Below, one piece after another: positions 19,336 to 29,379 of a DNA stretch of 64,000 bases (position 1 is its first letter; each line of letters opens with the position of its first letter). The translations under genes and the position numbers were made by a program. The notes beneath the pieces are model-generated. The model was not told where the DNA came from, ran no database searches, and saw nothing but the letters and a program-made list of their open reading frames with translations. Location of the stretch: positions 3,100,001 through 3,164,000 of the forward strand of contig CAKKNE010000006.1 in NCBI GenBank assembly GCA_918797485.1, in the 5' to 3' direction. The stretch is from Pelagomonas calceolata (Eukaryota).

Positions 19336-20733
19336 TCAGTCCAACGACGCGTCGAGGTCGCGCCGCAGCGCCTCGACGTCGTCCGAGCGGTATTTGTCCC
19401 GGTACCTGCGTGCGATGTTGTCTCCATAACTGCGTCTGCTCGGCGGCGTCGAGGTCCCACGCCATCGACGCGACTGGTTGATTTCCACACTGGCACGAAC
19501 GCGTCGGCGGGCGTCGAACGGACCTCGAGCCCGCTGGCGCGCCATGCTCGCGCCTCGCCCTTCTCCGGCGCGACGGGCGGCGGCTTCGCGACGCGCGCCG
19601 GCAGGGCCGCGGCCTTCTCCTTGGCGCGCGCCCGCGCCGTTTCCTCGTCCAGTCCCTTCGTGACGAGCTGCTGGAAGAGGGACTCCTCGAACTTGGCCCG
19701 GAAACGGTCTGTGGCCTCGACACCCGACGGGGGTTCGGGCGCCGGCTCTTCCTCGGGCGCGTCCTCGACCTTGCCCGTGATCTCGTTCTCGGCGCCCTCC
19801 TCCTGCTCGACGATGACGCGCAGCGGGTATTCCGAGGGCGGCGGCGGCGGCGGGAGGTTCTCGATGGCCAGCTTGACCTGCTCGGCGTGCGACAGGCGCG
19901 GCTCGGGCGGCTCCTCGAGGATCGGTTTATCGTCGTCGGCCTCGTCCTCATCGTCCGGCAGGAGCTGGCGCAACGTCACCTCGAGGAACTGATCCACGAA
20001 GGTCCCCACGGTGCCCATCTCTTCAAAGTCGAGGGCGTGGTTGTAAAAGACGCGGCCCTGCGCGTCCGACAGGCGCCGGTAGCTATCCAGGGTGGACTGC
20101 TTCGCGGCCTCGTAGTTGTTGTTTTCCCGCCTAGAATCCTTCAGACCTGTGCACAGATCAACCAGTGAGTAAAGCCGCCGTGAAAATTTGATTTATGCTC
20201 AGCTCCAGACCATAGACCTCGAAGTCGCACGTGTTTGCCACCAAATGCAAGGCAACGCCTTCGAACGACCGGGCGATGGAGCCGTACCGCGACAGTGCGT
20301 CGTCGAGCCCATCAACACTTGAGAAGCTCGTGACGAAGAGGATCGCCGCGGCGCCGTCGCGCCAGCGGTCCGGGTCGTCCGGTAATCGTACGAACTTGAC
20401 GTCGGCCGCTTCCAGTAACACTACGCCCGTCGCGACCCGTGCGGCCGCCTCCAACAACAAAGTGTCCGGCTTCGTCGATGCGCCGATGGCCTCGGAAATT
20501 TGTCTCAACAAGAGGGCCGTGTCGGCGGCGTCGGTGCCGGCCACATAAATACGCACTTTGCGCTGCTCCAGGAGATATAGAGCTTCTACTTCTGCCGGTC
20601 CCGCCGTCTCGCAGGCGACGCCCCAATCGATAAGTGCTCTTCGCGCTTCCTCGATGAATGCGAGCTCTTGTTTTGAGTACTTCCTTTTGGTGGTAAGGCT
20701 GCCCAGGGCCTTGATTTTACTTAACAGGCCCAT
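19336..20733 (-). CDS. Degenerate G-alpha/Arf-like protein with an acidic Pro-rich tail
   Basis: Two ORFs are joined by intron 20147-20210, and the last exon by intron 19406-19500. MG start; KVRIYVAGTDAADT, ARVATGV, AILFVTSFS and LHLVANTCD occur in G-alpha motif order. Confidence 0.55.
19406..19500 (-). mobile_element. Introner-derived intron with one recognisable TIR
   Basis: GT donor lies 8 nt before cagtgtggaaatcaacc; splicing gives the high-GC3 frame YRDKYRSDD. Confidence 0.65.
20147..20210 (-). mobile_element. Minimal introner intron (56-bp element)
   Basis: TSD cttcagac/ctccagac (plus strand); ends ctgtgcacagatcaa / ttgatttatgctcag. Confidence 0.85.
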
Positions 20734-21023
20734 CCCCTCGTCGCACGGCTGCCCGGATGTGCTGCCCAGCGAGCGCTGGGCTGCTGGGACTGGGGCCACA
20801 GCGGCTCGAGCGCCGAGCGGCAGATTTTGAGCAGTGCTAGTGTGTGTGGTAAGCTAGGGCCGCATAAATAATCGTGTTTGCGGGCCCGTCCGCGCGAAGC
20901 GTCCACATTGGAGGACGCGCACTCATTTTTTAAGCACCAGCCAGCTTGCCTGAGCCACACTCCAAGTCCCTTCGCGTGAGGAGGCGTGCAAGGCACCCAA
21001 CACAGCTGCAGGGGTGCAGCACG

Positions 21024-21649
21024 ATGGGCCCGCCGCGCGACAAGCAGGTCGCGCTCTCGACGTTCTCGTATGTCTTCAGCGAGCTTGTTCAATACAACAT
21101 GACGAAGATTAGGAGCTCAGCGGAACTCGAAGCCAATCTGGAAAAGCTGGGCAAGGACCTCGGGAAGCGAGTCCTCGATGCTTTGTTTCACCGCGACCGC
21201 CTCACGAAGCGCGAGCTCACTGAGGTGGGAATATTACAATTCATCTCCACGACCGCGTGGAAGGCCTTGTGGGGCAAAGCCGCCGATTCCCTAGAAAGAT
21301 CTACGGATCGAGAGGATGAGTATATGATAGTAGACAGTGCTCCATTGGTCAATCAGTTCGTGTCCGTGCCGGCCAACTTAGGCGCTTTGGATTGCGCGGC
21401 GCTGATGGCGGGGGTGGTGGCAGGGATACTGGTGTGTGCCCGGCGTCCCATACGCCATCGACGCGACTCACCACTCGCCCCGCGCAGGACGGCGCCTACT
21501 TCGCTGCGAAGTGTACCGCTCATCCTAGAGAAGAGGGCGGGACCGTGTTCCTCATACGTATCGGGCACGACGAGGCTGAGGAACAAAAAGAGCCGGAGCT
21601 CGTCGAGATGCGGCCGGTCCTGCCGCTGGCGGACCGGGCGCTGGCATGA
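21024..21649 (+). CDS. TRAPPC5: TRAPP complex subunit 5 (Trs31)
   Basis: VALSTFSYVFSELVQY, WKALWGKAADSLE, EYMI, FVSVP...LDCAALMAGVVAGIL. Intron 21432-21487 gives DGAYFAAKCTAH. Confidence 0.9.
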
Positions 21650-21673
21650 TTCTAAGTATGTAGTAGTGAATAG

Positions 21674-23239
21674 TCACCGAGAACTCTTCTTACTCCACGG
21701 CTTCACGGGCGTCAGCCCGCCCTTCGACGCCCGTTTTCGAGCCTCTGCAATCAACGTGTCGTCGTCCGCCAAGCCGGAGATCTCATCAACAGACAGGAGA
21801 GATATCGCGTCGCGCTCGTGGTCCGGCGCGCGCGCGACCGCGCCCGTCGCGCCCGTCTCGTACGTCTTGTCGCCGGTGCGGCCCGACGCGTACGACCCGC
21901 TCGCGAGCGTCGGTTCTGAGACGTGCGAGGCGTCCCTACTGGCGAACGTCGCCTCCTCCTCCAGAATGTCCTTCCCGGGCGATCCGCTGTCCTCGACAAC
22001 GACTGATTGCTGCCGCTCGAACAATTCCTCGAAGACGTCGCTCACAAATCCATCTCTTTGTTGTCGATCCAGGTCGGCCCAAGCTCGCCTCACCTGATTC
22101 AAGGTCGCTGTCGACGAGCCGGGCGTGCAGGGGGGCAACCTCCGTCTCGCAGCACTCAGCAGCGCGGTCACCTCGAAAGTGCTTGCATTCCGAACCTCTT
22201 CCTGGAGCTCCTGGAGTTTTTCCGATTCAGCTAGTTTGGAATCGCGGTCCGCGCGGGCAGCGGAGAGGCGGCATCTTACAGAAGCGTCGTCAGCGGCCTT
22301 GTACCTATTCTCCGGCGACGCCACTTGCAGCACGGGCCGGCGCTGCCTCCTCATTTTGCGTTTCGTGGTCATGCGCCGCGCCGCCGCGCCCTGACGCCGC
22401 CGCGCATCCTTGAGCCGCGTTTTTAGTTGTGCAGCGTCCGCTTCGAGCACGTCGATCTCGCCCCGCAGTCGCACCTGTGTGGAAACCAACCAGTGAGTAG
22501 ACGCAGGCAACCTCGCGTCGATGGCGTGGAAGCTCCACGCCATCGAGCAGACACAGAATCGCACCATCTCCTCTCTATGCAACACCATCTCGCCGTCCAT
22601 GCGCTCCATCTCGACGACCTGCTGCCGCGTGTTGCGCGACAGGCGCGCCTTGGTCTTTGCCAGCTCGGCTCGCCTAGCGGCTAACAGCGCCTCCTCGGCC
22701 GTCTTCTCCAATTGTCGTTTGTCGCGCGCCACTTTACGGGAGTGTTCTTCCTGTTCCTGGCGCCGCTGGCGCTCGAGATCTTCGCAGAGCGCGTGCGTCG
22801 CGACGAGCTCGGCTTGGGTGCCCTCGCGTTTCTCCGCAAAGTCCTGTAACAAACGCCGCTCCTCCTCCGACGCGCGGGTGGCCGCATCTATGATGAGCAT
22901 CTCCTGGGCCTGTTGCGCGGCCATGGATGCTGCTTCATCTTCAATCTGTCGTCGCTTCGCAAGAGACAATCGATTCGTCTCGCGGACCCGCCGGTCGAGC
23001 TGTTGCAGAGCGTCGCGGTTGTCGCTCAAACGCTTCTGCGCGAACTTAAAGGTCTCGAACTGGACGTCGCGCCGCTTCCGGATCTTGGCCCTTGCTTGTC
23101 TGTTTTTTTTGGACCATGCAATCAGCGCTCTTTCCTCGTCGGCGTGGGCCGCGTGGACCACGGTGCGCCTGAAACTTGTGACGGCGAGTCTCGCTTGCTC
23201 GGCGGCGAGGGGGTCGATCTCCTCGGCCTCGGTCGCCAT
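21674..23239 (-). CDS. Coiled-coil protein
   Basis: Long E/R/A/Q-rich helical ORF with in-frame introner intron 22475-22564. Confidence 0.75.
   Translation of the reverse strand: MATEAEEIDPLAAEQARLAVTSFRRTVVHAAHADEERALIAWSKKNRQARAKIRKRRDVQFETFKFAQKRLSDNRDALQQLDRRVRETNRLSLAKRRQIEDEAASMAAQQAQEMLIIDAATRASEEERRLLQDFAEKREGTQAELVATHALCEDLERQRRQEQEEHSRKVARDKRQLEKTAEEALLAARRAELAKTKARLSRNTRQQVVEMERMDGEMVLHREEMVRFCVCSMAWSFHAIDARLPASTHWLVSTQVRLRGEIDVLEADAAQLKTRLKDARRRQGAAARRMTTKRKMRRQRRPVLQVASPENRYKAADDASVRCRLSAARADRDSKLAESEKLQELQEEVRNASTFEVTALLSAARRRLPPCTPGSSTATLNQVRRAWADLDRQQRDGFVSDVFEELFERQQSVVVEDSGSPGKDILEEEATFASRDASHVSEPTLASGSYASGRTGDKTYETGATGAVARAPDHERDAISLLSVDEISGLADDDTLIAEARKRASKGGLTPVKPWSKKSSR
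22475..22564 (-). mobile_element. Introner intron (90 nt, in frame, no stop)
   Basis: TSD agtcgcac/aatcgcac; ends ctgtgtggaaaccaac...acacag; internal hairpin tcgatggcgtgga...tccacgccatcga. Confidence 0.85.
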
Positions 23240-23730
23240 GGCGGCTGGCGGTGTGTTCGATGCTCCCCGGCGGCGTGTCTGGTGCGCCCTGCACGACGAA
23301 AGACCGGCTGCCCCGGCGCGCCCGGCCGTTCAAGAGAGGCACAGAGGTGCGCTGCGCGAGCCCCCGCCCAAGGAGAGGACGCGCGGCGCTTCAAAACCAA
23401 GGAGAGCGCCGAGCGCTAAAACGAGGCACCCGTACGTTTGCGCCCACTGGCCGGCCGCGCTATAGAAGCCGGGAAGTGCCTTCGGCTGCGCGCTGAGCGG
23501 TAGTGGGCGAGGAGAGGAGTAACCGTACTAGCGTGACGCGCACTTAAAATGGCTCTGCGGAGCCTCCAGGGAGCAGCTGGCACTGCTGCCCCCCTAAACA
23601 AGGAGCACACGTATTCGCGCCCAGGAGGCACCCCTCGGCCGCCCACGTGCACCCGAAGCGCAACGGCCTATCACCGCCCGCCTGCGCCGGAGAGGCAGCC
23701 CCACATCTGAGAGGCAGCCCCATCCACGCC

Positions 23731-24489
23731 ATGCAAGAAGGAGTCGCCCTCGCCGAGCGGTCGCTCCTAAGGACACCAGAAGATCACGTAGCCGCGGCGC
23801 CTCACGACGCTAGCATGGACGACGAGTCCGTGCTCATGCGCCCGTCCCAACGACCCTTCCTGAGAACGATCAAGGAGCACAAGCCCGTCCGAATCGTCAC
23901 GCCGAAGCGACACCTGTTGAAACAAAACAACACCATCTCGGAGACGGGCCTGCAAATTGTGAAGATGACCTGCCGCGACTCGAGTACGAAAGGAGCGCTG
24001 CTGTCGGTCGCTGATCCTGCGGCCTGGGCGATGCTCTCGCCGCCCCGGAAGAAGACCGCGCCCGACTACGAGCGGTGGCGCAACCGCCTCGACTTTCAAG
24101 CCGCCTACGAGCCGGACCTCTCGGCCACGTCGCACCTCGTGACGCCCTCCGAGCCGGCCCTGTCGCCGTCGATGTCGGAGATTAGTGATTGTACTTTTGA
24201 CGGCTATTCCTCACCAATACCAGTCCGGTCCTTCGACGCCGTGTCGCCGCCGCCGCCCGTTTTGTCCGACGACGACATCAGCCACAAGTCGATGCGCGAC
24301 GCGTCGACGGTCTGTTTTCGATTGAATCGGCGGGAACCGCCGCCGCGACGATGGCGGAAACCGCGTGTCAGGCCCCACCAGCGAGCTGCCCTGCGCGCCT
24401 GGCGGGGCGGTAGGCTTGTTTTCGAAGCCGGCCGGACGCACGGGAAGTTCGAGCGACGGCCGCTGCCGGTGGCGTTTAACTTTAAGTAG
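23731..24489 (+). CDS. Hypothetical Ser/Pro-rich protein
   Basis: ATG at 23731, open to TAG; divergent from the previous gene. Confidence 0.55.
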   Translation: MQEGVALAERSLLRTPEDHVAAAPHDASMDDESVLMRPSQRPFLRTIKEHKPVRIVTPKRHLLKQNNTISETGLQIVKMTCRDSSTKGALLSVADPAAWAMLSPPRKKTAPDYERWRNRLDFQAAYEPDLSATSHLVTPSEPALSPSMSEISDCTFDGYSSPIPVRSFDAVSPPPPVLSDDDISHKSMRDASTVCFRLNRREPPPRRWRKPRVRPHQRAALRAWRGGRLVFEAGRTHGKFERRPLPVAFNFK

Positions 24490-24498
24490 TACTACAAC

Positions 24499-25749
24499 TT
24501 ACCGTGACGAGTCGGGAAAGTCCGCCGGAGGCGCGTTCTCCGCAGAAGGCAGCGCGCGCGGGTCGATGGCGTCCGTGCTCCGCGGGAGCACTCCGAGCTC
24601 GTCGCGCCAGTTCTGGACGAAGGCCACGTGTTTTTGTTGCAGCCACCTGACATGAGCCTCGTCGTCGGCGCCCGGGCGCGGCGGCACGCGCATGAGAATC
24701 ATGGCGAGGATCGCGTCCAGCAGCGCCGAGGGCGGTTCTGATGGAGGCGGCGGCGGCGCGGCGGCCACGGCCGCGGCGTGCAGATCCCGGGCCATGCCCG
24801 CGGCGACCGGCAAATGAACGTCGTCGTCCGGCGGCACGGCGGGCGGCGAGGGCGCGCGCTCGACCTCGGGCGCGACATTTGTAGCCGTCGTCTCGGGCGG
24901 CCGCGGCGGTCGTGGTGTCTCGCCCTCGTCGTCGGCGTCGGCGCCCGACTCGTCGCCCTCCGTCGGCGCCTCATCCGACTTGGCGTCGTCATCATTAGTC
25001 TCGGGCTCCGGCGCCGGCTCGTGGTCCGCGAGATCATTAATCAACCCCTCGATCTGTGTCAGGCGGCCCTCTACTTGTGTCAAAACGAACTGATTCTCCG
25101 GGGTATCGTCCTCGAGAGCTCGTGTTTTGCGCTCCGTGAAGGCTCGTTTCGCATCCTTCAACCTTATGAGAGCGGTGTTCCGCCGGTCGCAGCCATTCGC
25201 GAGCTTGTCCAGTTCTCCACTCATGGCCGCGAGCCAGCGCGGGTCGCGCGCGCAGCCCAACAGCAACGATTTGAGGTCCCGGACGACTTCATGCTTGGAC
25301 GGCGTCGCCGCACTTAACAGTAGTTGTCGCGAACTAAACCCGTCTATTTCTTCGGCGTAGGGCGCCAGCACGAGCCCGTCCTCCAGCGCGCGCCGCGTCG
25401 CCTCATCCACTTTATCTTTTGGTACTTTAACGACGGAGGGCGGCGGCCGCACGGACGCACAGAGGGCCTCGATCGCATCGCACGACGCCAGCGGCCGCTT
25501 CGCCTTCGCATCCATCCAAGCGTCCCGCTGAACCAGCAAACAGGGCACCTCGTCGTCGGCCCAGGGCTCGCAGCGCCACAGGTCGTCCTGCGGTTCTTGC
25601 TCGGTTCCTTCGTCTTCCTTTGGTGTCGGCAGCTCGAGGAGGTCGTCCTCTCTTATATCTTCCCAGCCGTCGGGCTTCTTGCGGCTGCGCGGCGGGCCGA
25701 GGCGGCGGCGCGGCTTCGGCTTCTCGGCCGTCTTTGCTTCTTCCGACAT
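24499..25749 (-). CDS. Hypothetical protein
   Basis: MSEEAK start; about 416 aa with typical codon bias. Confidence 0.7.
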   Translation of the reverse strand: MSEEAKTAEKPKPRRRLGPPRSRKKPDGWEDIREDDLLELPTPKEDEGTEQEPQDDLWRCEPWADDEVPCLLVQRDAWMDAKAKRPLASCDAIEALCASVRPPPSVVKVPKDKVDEATRRALEDGLVLAPYAEEIDGFSSRQLLLSAATPSKHEVVRDLKSLLLGCARDPRWLAAMSGELDKLANGCDRRNTALIRLKDAKRAFTERKTRALEDDTPENQFVLTQVEGRLTQIEGLINDLADHEPAPEPETNDDDAKSDEAPTEGDESGADADDEGETPRPPRPPETTATNVAPEVERAPSPPAVPPDDDVHLPVAAGMARDLHAAAVAAAPPPPPSEPPSALLDAILAMILMRVPPRPGADDEAHVRWLQQKHVAFVQNWRDELGVLPRSTDAIDPRALPSAENAPPADFPDSSR

Positions 25750-26200
25750 TGCTGCGATGCTGTTTGTGCGCTGCTGCAGCCTGCAGTGGTGCTGTTTGGC
25801 GCTGCTACAGCCGCTGCACGATTGCAAGCGATGCAGGATCGATTAGGTCGATGCGTGCAGTCACAGATGCTGTGGTTTGCACTATTTTTGCTCTACTCTG
25901 GCGTGCCGCAAGCGGCGCTTTGCCATCGCGGTCTGCAGCAGTCGAGGCCTCGGCGCCTGCGTTATTTCTCCCGTCAGCCTTCTCCACTGGTGCTACAAGC
26001 CTCCTTGAGCGTGCGAGAGGTCCAGACGGACGTCCGTGGAGGCGTCCCTAGTAGCTTCACCATGTGATTTCGGCCTTGCGACGCCGCCTCTGCGCGACGA
26101 CGCGAGCTGCCCAAGGGCGCTCTTGCGACGCGCGGACTAGCCAGAGGGCACGCCAGCGCCGCGAAGGCAGCCCCAACCGGCGACGCGCCGCGAGGCAGCC

Positions 26201-27247
26201 ATGGATAAAAGCTATGGGAGCAACCACACCTACACGCTCCTCGACGACCAGGACGCCCTCGCGCAGCACCAAAAGCCGCAAACGATGTGGCAGTCCCTCC
26301 GCTCCTTCTTCCTCAAGGGCAGCCACAAGTACGAGCATCGCTTGCTGTGCGGCGCGCCGCTCGTTTTGCTAGCATGTCTCGGCTACGCCTATTACTTTGG
26401 GTTGGTGACGATGCGCTGGACCGTGCTGGAGACGTCGTATATGTTCGCCATTTCTGTCACTACGGTTGGATACGGGTTACCTACTGAAAGCGATCTGGAC
26501 GACCTCGACTCGCTCCAAAAGTGGTCTTTAGTTGGTTATAGTTTCGCGATGGTCATTCTAGCTGGATGTGTGTTGGCGGCGATTGTTGCTGCCGTGCACG
26601 AGGCCGCGGAGAACGAGTTCGATGCTCATCATCATGACGAGGAGCAGCATAGAGCAGGGAGGTCTCGAGCCGTGGAGGCCGGAAGACGGCGAGCCATCTT
26701 TTTGAGACAACGAGTTAGACGTCAACTCCTCGAGATCCTCATCCTCGCCTTCGTGGGTGTGTTTGCCATCTCGTTCCTCGAAGAGTGGGGCTTTGCCGAT
26801 AGCAGCATCTGGGTCGCCGAGACGGTGACATCATTGGGTTTTGGGGAGATCCAGGCCGAGTCGACGGGCGGCATGGTCTTCACGATCGTCTACTCGTTGG
26901 TCGCGACGCTGCTGTTCGCTCGAGTTATTGGCGTCATCAGCGCGTATCCCGGGCTGGAGCTCGAAAATGCGTCGCTGTCGGAGGCGTGTGCGAAGCTGGG
27001 CTTCGCGCACGACAAGGGCCCGCGGCCAGCCATGGACGAAGATGTCATAGCGGCGCTGTTTCCTACACAAGCGCCCTTGGCGCGCGGCGACGTGGCGCTG
27101 CGGGTTTTGTTGGAGTTGGGCCGCGTCGAGAAGGCCGACGTGTTGGACGCCTACGAGGTCTTCGACCGGCTGAGCGGTGGTATGAAGGAGCTCAATTCGG
27201 AAGCCGCGGTCCGCGCGGCGCGGGGGCTCGGGTCGAGCGAGGTGTAA
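26201..27247 (+). CDS. Two-pore (TPK/K2P-type) potassium channel
   Basis: Two pore loops, SVTTVGYG and TVTSLGFGE, each flanked by TM helices; EF-hand-like tail VFDRLSGG. Confidence 0.85.
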   Translation: MDKSYGSNHTYTLLDDQDALAQHQKPQTMWQSLRSFFLKGSHKYEHRLLCGAPLVLLACLGYAYYFGLVTMRWTVLETSYMFAISVTTVGYGLPTESDLDDLDSLQKWSLVGYSFAMVILAGCVLAAIVAAVHEAAENEFDAHHHDEEQHRAGRSRAVEAGRRRAIFLRQRVRRQLLEILILAFVGVFAISFLEEWGFADSSIWVAETVTSLGFGEIQAESTGGMVFTIVYSLVATLLFARVIGVISAYPGLELENASLSEACAKLGFAHDKGPRPAMDEDVIAALFPTQAPLARGDVALRVLLELGRVEKADVLDAYEVFDRLSGGMKELNSEAAVRAARGLGSSEV

Positions 27248-27409
27248 CTTCCTGTTTTTGTGATTTAGATTACAGTGACTTCAGGGGGCGCGGCTAGCCC
27301 GAACCCACCAAAGGAGATTCACATTACAAATACACGTCCTCCCGGCCCGTTCCAACCCGTTCAAGTTGACCAGACTTCCCGTCAAACGACGATACTGAGA
27401 CTCCCTCAA

Positions 27410-29107
27410 TTATGGTGGCTTAAAGCTCGCGCCGTCGCCGGGGAGCGGCCGCCGTCTACCGCGCGGCGCCGCGAGGCCGGCGGGTTCTTCCGCGAGCTCC
27501 CGCGCCGAGGCGTTCCGCGGCGGCCGGCAGCACTTTTCGCCGGCGGCCACGCGCCGGGAGATGGCGTCGAAGAGCGCGCGCGCGACCGCCAAGACTTCGT
27601 TCTCGGCGTCGCAGAGCTCGGCGTCGATGTAGTCCAAGACGGCCGGATCGGGCGCGCAGTTGATGCCGGTGCAGGCGTTCCGGTGGGGCGGGCGCTGGCG
27701 GGGCTCGTGGAGGACCGGGGAGAAGAAGCTCGGGAAGGCGCACGCCAGCAGGTCCAGCGTGTCGCCGAAGCGGTCGATGAAGCCCCAGACCGCGTAGTCG
27801 CGGAGGTGGTCGATGGACGCCTCAATCGTCGCGTTCTCGCTGCCGCCGAGGAACTTCAACGCCGTGTTCTTCATCGACCGGAGCATGCCGCCGTACGCGC
27901 CCCGGGCGCAGCTCACGTTCCGCAGGCAGCCCGCGTCGAGGTCCTTGTGCGTGTACACGAGCTTCGAGTACGAGCGCGGGGCGCAGGACCGGAGGAGCTG
28001 GAAGCGCCCGAAGCTCGTGCCGAAGCCCTCGAACTCGGGGTCGAAGTACACGTGGCCCGTCACGAAGACCGACGCGCCGCCCGCGGCCTTCTGCCGCACG
28101 TACTCCCGCTCCTTGATCGCGAGCGCGCGCTCCAGCATGTCGCGCTTCTTTGCGGGGTCGCCTAAGTTGCCGTACGCGTTCCCGAGGTTATTCAGCGTGC
28201 GGGCCACGTTCGGGTGGTCGCGGCCGTACGCCCGCTCGTCGATCGCGAGCGCGCGCTCCAGCATGTCTCGGGACTTGGCGTGGTCGCCCAAGTCGCCGTA
28301 CGCGTTCCCGAGGTTATTCAGCGTGCGGGCCACGTTCGGGTGGTCGCGGCCGTACGCCCGCTTGTCGATCGCGAGCGCGCGCTCCAGCATGTCTCGGGAC
28401 TTGGCGTGGTCGCCCAAGTCGCCGTACGCGTTCCCGAGGTTCCCCAACGTCGTGGCAACGGCAGTGTGGTCGCGGCCGTACGCCCGCTCGTCGATCGCGA
28501 GCGCGCGCTCCAGCATGTCTCGCTTCTTCGCCTGGTCACCCAAGTCGCCGTACGCGTTCCCGAGGTTATTCAGCGTGCGGGCCACGTTCGGGTGGTCGCG
28601 GCCGTACGCCCGCTTGTCGATCGCGAGCGCGCGCTCCAGCATGTCTCGGGACTTGGCGTGGTCGCCTAAGTCGCCGTACGCGCCCCCGAGGTTCGTCAGT
28701 GTCTTGGCCACTTCCGGGTGGTCGCGGCCGTATGCCCGCTCGTCGATCGCGAGCGCGCGCTCCAGCACGTCTCGCGCCTTGGCGTGGTCGCCTAAGTCGC
28801 CGTACGCGCCCCCGAGGTCCCGCAGCATCTTCGCCCGGGCGGCCGGGTTGCGCTTCAAATTGTCCTTCCACTGGCTTGGCGCGAGGCCGAGGAACGCGCG
28901 CTTCGGAGTCTCGCGCGCGTACCTCTGAGCCGTGTTGTCCATCGTCGTCGAGCCGCACTTGCCGAGCTTGTTGTAGAAGATGACGTGTGGTTCGGGCGTC
29001 GCGCTTGTCCTGGCGCACCAGGCGGCGGCCAGGGCCTCGGCGTCCTGCGCGGCCGCCGCCGCGCCGCAGCCGAGGAGGAGCAGCGCGACGCCAGCGAGCC
29101 CGCGCAT
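27410..29107 (-). CDS. Secretory-pathway sulfotransferase-like protein interrupted in frame by a TPR array
   Basis: Signal peptide [14 protein letters not shown]. 5'-PSB-like IFYNKLGKCGSTT lies before the repeats; FVTGHVYFD and LLRSCAPRSYS lie after them. Confidence 0.75.
   Translation of the reverse strand: MRGLAGVALLLLGCGAAAAAQDAEALAAAWCARTSATPEPHVIFYNKLGKCGSTTMDNTAQRYARETPKRAFLGLAPSQWKDNLKRNPAARAKMLRDLGGAYGDLGDHAKARDVLERALAIDERAYGRDHPEVAKTLTNLGGAYGDLGDHAKSRDMLERALAIDKRAYGRDHPNVARTLNNLGNAYGDLGDQAKKRDMLERALAIDERAYGRDHTAVATTLGNLGNAYGDLGDHAKSRDMLERALAIDKRAYGRDHPNVARTLNNLGNAYGDLGDHAKSRDMLERALAIDERAYGRDHPNVARTLNNLGNAYGNLGDPAKKRDMLERALAIKEREYVRQKAAGGASVFVTGHVYFDPEFEGFGTSFGRFQLLRSCAPRSYSKLVYTHKDLDAGCLRNVSCARGAYGGMLRSMKNTALKFLGGSENATIEASIDHLRDYAVWGFIDRFGDTLDLLACAFPSFFSPVLHEPRQRPPHRNACTGINCAPDPAVLDYIDAELCDAENEVLAVARALFDAISRRVAAGEKCCRPPRNASARELAEEPAGLAAPRGRRRPLPGDGASFKPP
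28104..28823 (-). repeat. 714-bp TPR cassette (about 5.7 units of 126 bp)
   Basis: Near-identical units, closely matching the array at 3180-4100; bounded by tcccgc at 28104 and 28818. Confidence 0.9.
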
Positions 29108-29379
29108 GGCGCGCGCACGTTAAGGGGCGGCGCCGCGCCGCGTGCCGCGCTATCGGGCTGCGTTTTGAGGGTGGCGAGACGACGTGCGCAGCTGTTATAA
29201 ATGCCCAAAATTTGCGAGGCTGCAGTGATGGTGATGTTAAAGACGTACGCCGATCTTGGCGCATATAAGTTTTGATGCGGCCGCGCGCGAGCGGCTCAAA
29301 GTGGCGCCACTGCACCCGCACGAGCCCCCATGGTGGCGCCTCCCAGGGTGGCGGTATACGGTCGAACACCAATTACATA

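Noticed and set aside
28104..28823. TPR arrays as template and variable regions of a diversity-generating retroelement
   Set aside because: There is no reverse transcriptase in the window, the differences are not obviously adenine-specific, and both arrays are coding.
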